From contig CM052818.1 of assembly GCA_028534125.1 (NCBI GenBank), positions 29,390,001 through 29,454,000 on the forward strand: 64,000 bases of DNA. Reading direction: 5' to 3'. The DNA comes from Lama glama. Taxonomy: Eukaryota. Of the stretch, positions 56,401 through 64,000 are shown in pieces. How positions within the stretch are numbered: position 1 is the stretch's first letter; the number at the start of each line of letters is the position of its first letter. The translations under genes and the position numbers were made by a program. The notes beneath the pieces are model-generated. The model did not search any database, was not told where the DNA came from, and saw only the letters and a program-made list of their open reading frames with translations.

Positions 56401-59400
56401 AGTTGAAGCTGAGTAAAGGCTACTTGTTATTCCTCACACAGCTGCATTTAAATAACAAAACTGCACTTATCTAGCCCAACAACCTCTGCAAAGCTAGTTT
56501 GCAAGAAGTCTGTCCTTTAAGGTCAGCCATTGTTAAAAAGGCACAAAATGAAAGTGTATCTTCATACTGGAAAGTGGAGCTACTGTAAGTGAAAGATCTA
56601 CTGAATTACACTGTTAACCTGTAATTTTTCTTCTTAACACTGAGATAAACAATGAGAAGATCCCTGCTGCTGAAGATGGTGTATCACATGTTGGGACGCC
56701 TTGCAGGGCCTCACAGCCTCTCACAGATGGGTTTAACCAAGTGGGTAGAGACACATGAGACTTCAGAACAAAGAACAATTTTAGCCATGGCCATTTAAAA
56801 AAAAAAATCATAGTATTTCATTGTACACTAGAAACACTTACAATAACTAACATATCTTTATCTCCTTATTCTGTATCTACAGTAAAACTGCAAAGCAGGT
56901 ACCCCACACTGACTGTGGGAGGCCACGGCGCTGGCGCACGTGCTCCTTGAGGGCTCGCCTGAGGTGGGTGCAGATGCACTGCTGAGTCCATGATGTGACT
57001 GCACTGTTCACTCCACTCCAGTTCACCTTGGGATGGAGGTGCTTTTTATAAACACCTTCCAGTGTGCTATCTCAATTCAAATATCCAAGAGAAACTAGAC
57101 TCACAATTTTGAGAAAATGGGTAAAAGTCTTCAGTTTTTTAAAGACATATAAAAATTATATTCCTCTAAGGTATGTGTACAACTTGATGTTTTAATATGT
57201 TCACACTGTGAAACGATTACCACAATCCAACTAATCAACACATCTAACCAAACACATTTCTATTTGAAATGATACACCTCGTGTTTCTGAAGAGGCAACA
57301 TTCTAAGGGAGGCTGCAAACTCCTCCATTAGCTTCTCCTGTTAAACACTGCCAACCTCACCCTCCAGAGGGATCATGAACTTAAGGTGACAGGATGCATC
57401 TTACTGATATTCTTTTCTGACTATATTTTTCCATATTAGAATGTGTGCAATACATAAAAAATTCTAAAATGACACAACCACCAAACCTCTCAGACCCCAC
57501 CACAAAATATTATCACTGCTTATACATGGTGAATTTTCTTCTAGCATTTCCTCAATGTCTTTTTCATACAACTGACATAATACTCTACATTATTTTTACA
57601 TGCTTCATCTTGTATTTAATATTTTGTTACCATCTTCTGCTAGATTTTAATTAAAATTTTCCGGATATATTGTAGTATTTTTTAATGTTCCAATGCAGAT
57701 ATAATTACCTATTTTCCAACAGTTAAATGTTTAGGTTTTCTTCCCCCTATTTTTTCTCTATTATACACAGTGCTGTGGTAAGTATTCACTTATATAAACC
57801 ATTGTAACAGTTTTGGGAGATATTATTTCTTTACACTGGACAGCTTAATATGAGGTTACTGAGTCAAAGTTCTGAACATTTAAAAAATTCTTGATAAATA
57901 TTGCCAGTTTGTGCTTTCCAGAAAAGCTGAACCAGTTTACATTCCTTTCAGCAATGTGTGAGAGCCTCAATTTCACTGTAGTAAAAATTAAATTCTACTT
58001 TGATAAGAATAAAAAAAGTTACTTTAACTTGCACTTCTCTGATTACTAGAAAAGTGGAAATTCCCTGTTACATACATGTTTCTCAGTACTTTTTCTATGA
58101 ATTAACTGATTATACTGTTTCCCCATTTTTCTATTAGTATTTTTATTCCTGATTTATAAGACCTCACTATACATTAAGGATGTTAACTTTCAGGCTGTTG
58201 GTTTCAAATTATGATAAATTTTCCTAATTTGTCATGAATGATTAAAATAATGTTTATTATAAAGAATTTTGAAAATATGTGAAATATATTGAAGAGCATT
58301 AAGATTATCCATGATCCTATGAACTAGTGATGGTTAAAAACACTTTGATGAATTTTCCCTTTCTCTGTGTTTGTATTTAAAAACTAAAATTGGAATCATT
58401 GTGTTCTGTATTGAATATTATGCCTAAACAGCTCCTCATGACATTAAATACTCTCTTAAAACATTAATAGCTATGTGATATTCCACTGCATATGTACCAT
58501 GACTTAAACATATTCCTTTTTAATAATATCCAGATTATTTCCAAATATTTGCTAGTATGACTAACCCTGCCATGAGCAATCTAATATATCTGATACAATT
58601 TTGACACTGCATTTAATGTGAAGTTCATATCCATGTCTCCTCCAGTACATACTGCGCCTACCTGTTACTTGAGTGGGTGCAATGACTTGGCTGGCACTTG
58701 ATGTAGAAGCTTCAGGAGCTACTTCCACAGGCACAGGAGGTGAGGTTTTTTCAATCACTACTATACAAGGAAGGAGGGAATAAAATGAAAATTAAAGCCT
58801 GTTACGGGCATTGAGATCCCATCTCAAAATGCAAGCATAATTTAGTCTAACGACACACCACAGTAACTCCTGGATGTCAAGAGCAGTTACAGGTCCCTAA
58901 GGCCCATGGTATTAGCCTATTTCAACATTTAGCAAGAATATCTGAGAGCAACTCAGAAGTCAAGAAAAATGACCCTTCATCAAATGAGGAGCCTCAATAA
59001 TGTTCTAGTAATATATACTCCTCCTGACCACAGAAAATAATGAAAATCCTTTGTATTATTATAATACTTATAATGCAGGAGTCCCCACTTATCCACAGGG
59101 GTACGTTCTAAGACCCCAGTGGACGGCAGAAGCCACAGGCAGTACCACACCCTCCATGCACTATGTTTTCCCTACACTGATGAGCAGAAAGCATAGACTG
59201 CATGGACACTGGAGGAAGGGTGATTCACGACCCGGGCAGGATGCAGCAGGGTGGCGCGAGAGTTCGTCATGCTTCTCAGAACAATGCACCATTTAAATCT
59301 CATGAATTGCTTACTTCTGGAATTTCCCAGGCTGCAGCTGACTGCTGAAAGTGAAACCATGGATAAGGAAGGAGCAACTGTACCCTACTTTACACGAACG

Positions 59401-62400
59401 TTATGTGACTCTGTTAATAGACCTAAGTGTATTTTTCACACTCCACTCCACTTATGAATTCCAACGAACAAAACTTTAAAATTAAAGACACAAAGTCCTT
59501 GTCTTACTCTCATGTTCAGAATACTCTTACAAACAGCACATCAACACAGCCTACCTGGAAACTGTGGGTGCAGATGAATGGTCGAAATGCCTGGAGAGAG
59601 CTGGGGTTGACCAGGCTCAAGTTTGGTTTTCTCTTGATCCAGTGAAGGTATTTCCTGGATGGTTGTATTAAAAAGGAAAAAAAGAGAGCTGAAAGTAGGA
59701 ATTTTTAGTTTCCACATATTACTGTTTTAACTTAATTCTACTCTTAGAAAGGCAGCAAACACCACAGGACGTTATAGAAAAGCCTGTGCAACTGTGTGAA
59801 TTTTTTTTTTTAAGAACTACTGCTGTGCTGCTGAGACAGCAAGCCCTTGAGTTTTCCCGGCAGTGCTGATCCCTGCACACACCCTCACCCATTTCCCAGG
59901 GGCCCAAAGCAAGTCTCTTCAGATATTTTAAACAAATGTTTTGGCTCAGGGGCCCACGTTTGGTCTGAAACAAGGCTACACTAACCCCAGAGGAGAACTA
60001 AACCGTCAACTCATGCACATGTGGCTTCTGCCCAAGGAAAACGACCAGACATACTCTGCAGATTAAATAATGGATACAGGTGTGTCATAACAAAGACCAC
60101 ACGACACATGAAAACATTTCAAGCCAGTCAGTCATTACAATAACTGTACTCCTCCACCTCCACCTCCACCTCTCAGAACAGCAGAAGTCAAACAGAGCAT
60201 CCGAGGAACGGGGACGTGGAGGCGCATCCAGGCTTCCTCACATATCCTGTTGCCAACTCCTGCCCCTGGACCACAAGCCAAGACACAGACGGGCACCTAT
60301 GGCTCAGGGTCCAGTTACAGCTCCTTAGGGCTCACGCAGACTGAACAGTCAGGCTCTGTGGCCTCACTCACACCAGTGAGGAGCCCGAGTGCTCCCGTCA
60401 GCACTCCTTTCAAAGCATCCATCGAGTTACATGGTCACTGTTATCCTACACGCCCCCTCCCTCACCTGCTTTAATCACAGCCCTGATTAAACGCTTTCTC
60501 CCCTGGCCTCTGTCTCCCTTTCACCCTCTCTCCTAGCTTTACTTATCACATTTTCAGCTCTTTATAAAATAGATATCCGGCCGGAGTATCACATCAAAGA
60601 CTCAGTTTTGCAGGCATGAGTGCTTACAGGGTAACTCCATTTAGATATACCACAAATACTTCAACCCCCACCCCACCCCCTACATCAAGCAGGCTTTCAT
60701 TCCAACTTCTTTTCTGTTAATGCCACAGTCACAAATCCATTCAGGTGTAAAGTCACTTTTTAGTCCTTCCTCTTTCACTCCTCATTCCCAGCCCTGCCCA
60801 TGTCCGCTATTCCTCGTATTTCATCTTTTCTCCGTATACACAGCCCCCTTTACCTTCGTCTGTACTCACTCTCGCATCCTCACTTTACTGTGGTCATCTA
60901 ATCGGCCTCTCCAACTCCCTTTTCTCCCCATCTCAGTTAATCCTGCTATCATTCGCCTTCCAGAAACACTGAGCACTTTGTACTTTCCCCACATTGTCCC
61001 CTCTTCTTAAGATCACAGACTAGCTTTTCTATTATCTATTTAAAGGTGACCTCAGTCTCGATTGCACCCGACCTCCTGCAGCCCATGGTCAGCTGGCAAG
61101 GTGTGGACCACAGTCAGGTGTTAATCCGCTCCTGCAGCTGACAGACTCCTCCCACCCTCTCATCAACATTGGGCAGCCAACTCCCTCACCAGTGGCACTT
61201 CTTCACTTAACAAGTCGGGTCTGGCTGAAGCTCAGGGTATCTTCTCGTGTTTTACAACTGCAGCTTGGGATTCCAAGCCTTCCAAAGCAGCCCAAGTTCT
61301 TTCTAACCAAGTCTTCCTACTCCCCTAACTGACCTCTTGCTGCCTCCCACCCCATCCCCTGCACCTGTGCACAAATCATTTCCCACCACTGAACACCCTG
61401 CTTTCTCTTTCCTAATCTTTAATAACATGAGACGTCTGCAACAAGTCAAAGCCACAAAGTTTATGGTTGGATTTTTTCCCACTGCCTCCTCTCCAAATAA
61501 ACTGCAGGAAAAGTCCACAAGGAAAACTTTCAGGCCCTCTTTCAGATTCTTAATGAGAGTTACCATAAACTCAGCCATAAACAGAGAACAAAACTCAGGA
61601 AAGATGAGGCTGTCGGGGAGCTGGCTGGCCCACTCCTGCGCTAAATGATTCCTCTCACGTATCAACCAGAACTGAATTTAAAATCCACAAAACTACAAAC
61701 TACTGTACGCCGCTGATCTTTAGAGACGCTATCCAAGAGCTGTAAACATGCATGTGAAACATGTGTATCTGCTGTGCTGCTTTCGAGGTCAATATATCAC
61801 AACACTTTTCCTTAATGAGTGCTAGCACTCTGAAATCATCCTTGTTTTCTGGATTCTTTCAGCACTTACAACATTTATGTTAGTCTATCCCCATGTTTAT
61901 AAGCGAAAGACTTTTAAAACTATAATAAATTATATATGTATGTGTTCATCTAAATCCTAACACATACTGCAGTCTTGACAACTGAATGGATAACACACAA
62001 ATATATAAACATTTAATAATTACCTAATTTTCATTCTACCGTGAAATATTCAGACAAGAAACAATATTACATAAATAGGACATAGATCCAAATGCCTATA
62101 TTTTCCTCTAATCTCATAATTCATAGCTCCATTTTGTGCCAAAAAACTCCCAAAGGACTGATAAAAATTTCTCTAAAATTTCTAAGAAGCAATGTCCTAG
62201 TATTTAATTTTAACGTTCAAGGGTAAGCTCTGTTCCTACTGCAATTTAATTCAAATATGCACGTCAAGTTTTAGTTGAATTAAGTACATTGCTCAGTATA
62301 TAGGCACGCTGAGAATATACAATTACATAAATGTGTCAGAATCTTTCTTCCCAGAGCTGGTGCAGGCCGTGAATTGACTCTGTGAATTCCATTTAAGCCC

Positions 62401-62714
62401 CTGATTCCCATCAGTCCCATTATTTCCTTCTCCCTAGAATTTAGGTTCCATGTGAACAAGGAGTTTTGTCTGATTTGTTCTCTGCTGTTTTCTAGCATTC
62501 ACAACAGTGCCAGTTATATATAGTAGGTGCTCAATAAGCATTTCTTGAATGAATGAATGCTTTATTTCCTTAAACCAAACGATGCATAACAGACATGTTA
62601 CTGTATTTGTCTTTAAAAAAAATCACATGTAATCTAGAAGAAAATCATTTTGAAGGTTAAATAAAAGACTTGCCAACAATGAATAAATTACCTTCTCAGG
62701 GGGTACAGTTGCCA
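14895..62714 (-). CDS. LTBP1: LTBP1, partial: 12 internal coding exons, join(62692..62714,59555..59654,58662..58760,50844..50969,49515..49640,48994..49116,45212..45331,33976..34098,28610..28732,25987..26109,19609..19731,14895..15020). The gene continues beyond both window edges.
   Basis: The spliced translation [91 protein letters not shown]...ADGRTCE matches mammalian LTBP1 as I recall it. All junctions are AG/GT and the frame is continuous with no stops. Confidence 0.97.
17940..18250 (+). mobile_element. MIR remnant interrupted by a young SINE
   Basis: 'ttaacctctctgagcttcagctactcatgcagaaaatgg' on the left and 'aaattaaatgaggcaatac...tggcacatag' on the right. Confidence 0.55.
18055..18178 (+). 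mobile_element. tRNA-derived SINE (camelid vic-1-like) with a 13-bp TSD
   Basis: A box 'agctcagtggtag', B box 'gggttcagtccc' and A-rich tail. TSD aaagtttcctctt at 18042..18054 and 18179..18191. Confidence 0.9.
18305..19111. mobile_element. TcMar-Tigger DNA transposon remnant (Tigger7/MER44-like)
   Basis: Degenerate termini 'cagttagtcctctcttatccacggg' and 'aaccgcagataaggag'. Shares segments with 59076..59380. Confidence 0.8.
19609..19731 (-). CDS. LTBP1: LTBP1 cbEGF exon, [41 protein letters not shown] (123 nt)
   Basis: gacttgcag|ATATCAACG...TGTCAAG|gtacct. Confidence 0.95.
22230..23062 (+). mobile_element. LINE-2 (L2a-like) 3' portion
   Basis: 'caccaatgacct', 'tccaactgccc', 'aacgtaagctccacaagggcaggact', 'aacagtgcctggcacat', ending in gaatgaa. 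Confidence 0.85.
24038..24062. repeat. (TG)12 microsatellite at the tail of an L1
   Basis: Seen directly. Confidence 0.9.
24063..24290 (-). mobile_element. Young L1 3' end (camelid-type), 5'-truncated
   Basis: Reverse complement of the 3' UTR seen at 1880-2060 and 25630-25850. Confidence 0.88.
25415..25876 (+). mobile_element. Young L1 3' end (camelid-type) with a diverged TSD
   Basis: 'catttgcagcaacatggatagacctggag...tacttcaattaaaaaa'. TSD aaaagtgtgggct (25402..25414) versus aaaagtatggact (25877..25889). Confidence 0.9.
25987..26109 (-). CDS. LTBP1: LTBP1 cbEGF exon, [41 protein letters not shown] (123 nt)
   Basis: tgttcacag|ATATTGATG...TGTGAAG|gtgaga. Confidence 0.96.
26472..26589. mobile_element. 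hAT-Charlie MITE remnant (MER58A-like, internally deleted)
   Basis: Termini 'caggagtctgc' and 'gctgacccctg'; internal 'gtaaagtttcactggaaaacagc'. Confidence 0.65.
27811..28025 (-). mobile_element. Tigger2-like MITE
   Basis: TIRs 'cagccgaccctcgaacaac' and 'gttgttcaagggtcaactg' followed by TA. Inverted relative of 36344..36543; strand is given relative to that copy. Confidence 0.85.
28610..28732 (-). CDS. LTBP1: LTBP1 cbEGF exon, [41 protein letters not shown] (123 nt)
   Basis: tgttcacag|ATATTGATG...TGTGAAG|gtagga. Confidence 0.96.
29953..30116 (-). mobile_element. tRNA-derived SINE (vic-1-like) with a 34-nt poly(A) tail
   Basis: 'ggggattgaacccaggacctc...ctctaccactgagct'. T34 run at 29953..29986. 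Confidence 0.88.
32362..33122 (-). mobile_element. Young camelid-type L1 3' portion with an 11-bp TSD
   Basis: ORF2 C-terminus (LLHCWWEC..., [20 protein letters not shown]) plus 3' UTR. TSD cagaactactt at 32351..32361 and 33123..33133. Confidence 0.93.
33191..33532 (-). mobile_element. 5'-inverted L1: 3' terminus on the minus strand (33191..33214) joined to an inverted ORF2-end segment on the plus strand (33217..33532)
   Basis: 'attgaagtatagatgatttacaat' abuts 'tgcaaatcaaaactataatgagg...gacatggaaactaatacaacat'. Confidence 0.8.
33603..33708 (-). mobile_element. L1MB-like 3' end fragment
   Basis: 'ttttattgaaatctaattcacacaccacataattcatctacttgaagtgtacaattca'. Confidence 0.7.
33976..34098 (-). 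CDS. LTBP1: LTBP1 cbEGF exon, [41 protein letters not shown] (123 nt)
   Basis: tttttcaag|ATGTGGATG...TGTAAAG|gtaaat. Inside ORF 33929..34201. Confidence 0.96.
36165..36245. repeat. Exact 38-bp direct duplication separated by 5 bp
   Basis: tatcactaaagaatctctctaaggaatcaaaaggtaca at 36165..36202 and 36208..36245. Confidence 0.95.
36234..36733 (+). mobile_element. L1MA9-like 3' end interrupted by a MITE
   Basis: 'caaaaggtacaaacttccagttataa...gccaagagagta|gatcttaaaagtcctcatcac...ctcaattaaaaaaaa'. Confidence 0.8.
36344..36543 (+). mobile_element. Tigger2-like MITE with a TA target duplication
   Basis: TA|cagttggcccttgaa...ttcaagggtcaactg|TA. Confidence 0.9.
36860..37330 (+). mobile_element. Degenerate L2 fragment
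   Basis: 'ttgggagtcatcc...ccccacattcaat...gcagccagagccatctttcaaaatacaaatctgatca'. Confidence 0.65.
39455..39930 (-). mobile_element. L1MA-type 3' end with a short plus-strand L1 3' fragment nested at 39499..39617
   Basis: Diverged ~20-bp TSD ataacattgtgtaagttaag (39479..39498) versus ataacatcgtgtaaggttaag (39618..39638). Confidence 0.75.
41812..42072 (-). mobile_element. Young camelid-type L1 3' end
   Basis: 'attgaagcatagtcagtttacaatgttgtg...aactcccaatttatcccttcccactccc'. Confidence 0.88.
44120..44557 (+). mobile_element. Degenerate L2 3' fragment ending in (GGAA)n
   Basis: 'cttcagccacactggccttct' through 'catttgtggaaggaaggaaagaagg'. Confidence 0.55.
45212..45331 (-). CDS. LTBP1: LTBP1 cbEGF exon, [40 protein letters not shown] (120 nt)
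   Basis: ttttttcag|ATATTGATG...TGTCTTG|gtaggt. Confidence 0.96.
47518..47672 (-). mobile_element. tRNA-derived SINE (vic-1-like) with a 13-bp TSD
   Basis: 'gggattgaacccaggacctcgtgcatgctaagcac...ctctaccactgagctataccctcccc'. TSD agaactaagcttt at 47505..47517 and 47673..47685. Confidence 0.92.
48994..49116 (-). CDS. LTBP1: LTBP1 cbEGF exon, [41 protein letters not shown] (123 nt)
   Basis: ctttgtgtag|ATGTCGATG...TGCGAGG|gtgagt. Confidence 0.96.
49515..49640 (-). CDS. LTBP1: LTBP1 cbEGF exon, [42 protein letters not shown] (126 nt)
   Basis: ttaacag|ATACTGATG...TGCGTAG|gtaatg. Six-cysteine cbEGF. Confidence 0.96.
   Translation of the reverse strand: MLMNVLRTNTSAPRDAVKTPREVSCVFAQQDLWPARRVPTA
50844..50969 (-). 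CDS. LTBP1: LTBP1 EGF exon, [42 protein letters not shown] (126 nt)
   Basis: tttaaag|AAATCAATG...TGTATTG|gtaaga. Six-cysteine EGF pattern. Confidence 0.96.
51835..52067 (+). mobile_element. MIR SINE
   Basis: 'gagcaagttaacttaaacattctaagcctcacttt...cctggtacattgtatgtgctcaataaa'. Confidence 0.7.
54190..54294 (+). mobile_element. L1M 3' terminus with an A tail
   Basis: 'atgtatcaaagcaacatgtagaccttaaacttacacgaggttacatgtcaatcacgtctcagt' followed by poly(A). Confidence 0.7.
57420..58560 (-). mobile_element. Ancient L1ME-like fragments
   Basis: 'ataaatattgccagtttgtgctttccagaaaagctgaaccagtttacattcc', 'ttttaacttgcacttctctgattactag'. Confidence 0.65.
58662..58760 (-). CDS. LTBP1: LTBP1 linker exon, [33 protein letters not shown] (99 nt)
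   Basis: cttgtatag|TAGTGATTG...GTAACAG|gtaggc. Overlaps ORF 58561..58758. Confidence 0.95.
59076..59380. mobile_element. Tigger7/MER44-like MITE
   Basis: 'caggagtccccacttatcca' and 'tggataaggaaggagcaactg' followed by TA. Confidence 0.8.
59555..59654 (-). CDS. LTBP1: LTBP1 linker exon, [33 protein letters not shown] (100 nt)
   Basis: ccatccag|GAAATACC...TTTCCAG|gtaggc. Peptide recognised as LTBP1. Not represented in the ORF track. Confidence 0.95.
62420..62560 (+). mobile_element. L2 3' terminus
   Basis: 'aacagtgcc...tagtaggtgctcaataagcatttcttgaatgaatgaatg'. Confidence 0.7.
62692..62714 (-). CDS. LTBP1: LTBP1 23-nt microexon, (V)ATVPPEK, phase 1 to 0
   Basis: Minus strand ttttttggttttag|TGGCAACTGTACCCCCTGAGAAG|gtaatt. 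Matches the LTBP1 VAT(A)PPEK peptide and is in frame with the next exon. Confidence 0.9.
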
Positions 62715-64000
62715 CTAAAACCAAAAAAGAAAGAAGAACATTAGTACAATTTAAGACAATACACTATATGATATTTCAACTTTTAAAAAGCAACAAAAGT
62801 CCAGTAAGTCTCCAAAAGGATCAAGAATCAAACTAAATCAAACGCAGAATTATGGTCATCTACCATTTTGGAGAATTCTACCCACAACCAACAGGGAAAA
62901 ACTACTGGTGCTGTCATTCCTCAATTACAGGGGGACCAGGTAGCAGACATGATGAAGTTCTTTCCACCTCATTCATTAACTAAAAGAGTTAAAAGAGGCA
63001 GCACCTCCCAGCACATTGTTTCACGCCTCATCGCAATTTGGTAAAACATCCCCCATCTTCGAAAACAAACATTTTCATTGTGCTTATCCTTAACATAATA
63101 TATCATGTCTGAAATGCTTCCTGATGTCAATGTTAAAAAAAAGATGCCTCTATTTCAATAGGAGATGTAAGAAAGGACGCTGCATTCTTGATGCAGACTG
63201 ATCTTTAATGAAGAGCATTTTCAGGAAGATATGCTAATGAGATTAAGAAAAAAATCACAAGCCAGTAAGATCCGATGAGAGATTAGCATCAATATGCTGA
63301 CCAAATTACATATCACACAATCATCAGCACTGTGACAGGGTGGTGGTGGTGGTAGTGGTTACACCGCCCTGTTTTGAAACACTTGCTTTTCAAAAATCCA
63401 TATGTAGTATTAGTCCTCAAGCCTTAGGTCAGTAATTACAGGGATTTTTCCCATGAGTCACCATCTCCATAAACATCAGTACACGGATTTGGTAGATGCA
63501 TTAACTTCTAAACCCCATCAGGGCACCAGATTGCTACCACTGCTGCAATACACTTGTGGTTAGAAAAAGTCAACCGACAACCTGTTCTGCCTTTCTCACC
63601 ACCCAGAAAGTCATGACGCAGAATCTGGATCACAGCCCATTTCCTCCTGCTTGTGCAAAGGAGGAGGAGTTGCAAACACCTGGCCACGACACCCGAAGTG
63701 TATAGGAACAATCTGGCCAACACTGTCAATTCTAGGTGAGGTCCTGCCTGGGCTGCCAAGCCCTGGAGAAGGGCAGCGAGAGAAAGAGCAGAATAAAACA
63801 GGCTAGAACACACAGAGGTTCAGAGCCTTGGAAAGAGACCTCTCTACCAGGGGGGAGGCCTGGCCAGGCTCCCAAATCCTCACAAACCTGGGCACCTTCT
63901 CTCCTCAGAAAATCCATCAACGGGTACCCTGAATTCTGACTAAGAATCAAAAGCCAACGGGAGTTTTATTAGAGCCAAGAGATATTCCACACAAAGCTCA

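Noticed and set aside
1..64000. CRISPR arrays, prokaryotic operons, rRNA/snoRNA/miRNA genes, processed pseudogenes or a novel multi-gene system
   Set aside because: None recognised. The sequence is accounted for by LTBP1 exons, mammalian repeats and unique intron. Small ncRNAs cannot be excluded without an Rfam/Infernal search.

Overview
Mammalian genomic DNA, most likely a camelid (inferred from its tRNA-derived SINEs and young L1 3' ends). The window appears to lie entirely inside LTBP1 (latent TGF-beta binding protein 1), transcribed on the minus strand. Twelve internal coding exons can be read with canonical AG/GT sites and a continuous frame (1335 nt, 445 codons): a 23-nt microexon, two Pro-rich linker exons and nine phase-1 calcium-binding EGF exons. 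Start and stop lie outside the window. The introns hold ordinary eutherian repeats (old L1M, L2, MIR, Tigger and hAT elements) plus younger L1 and SINE insertions, several with intact target-site duplications (TSDs). The most unusual structure is a three-layer L1 nest at 32.1-33.6 kb, whose middle element shows a twin-priming inversion, an internal deletion and an apparent ~100-bp 3' transduction. I found no evidence for a previously undescribed biological system. Repeat family names and human comparisons come from memory, not from searches.
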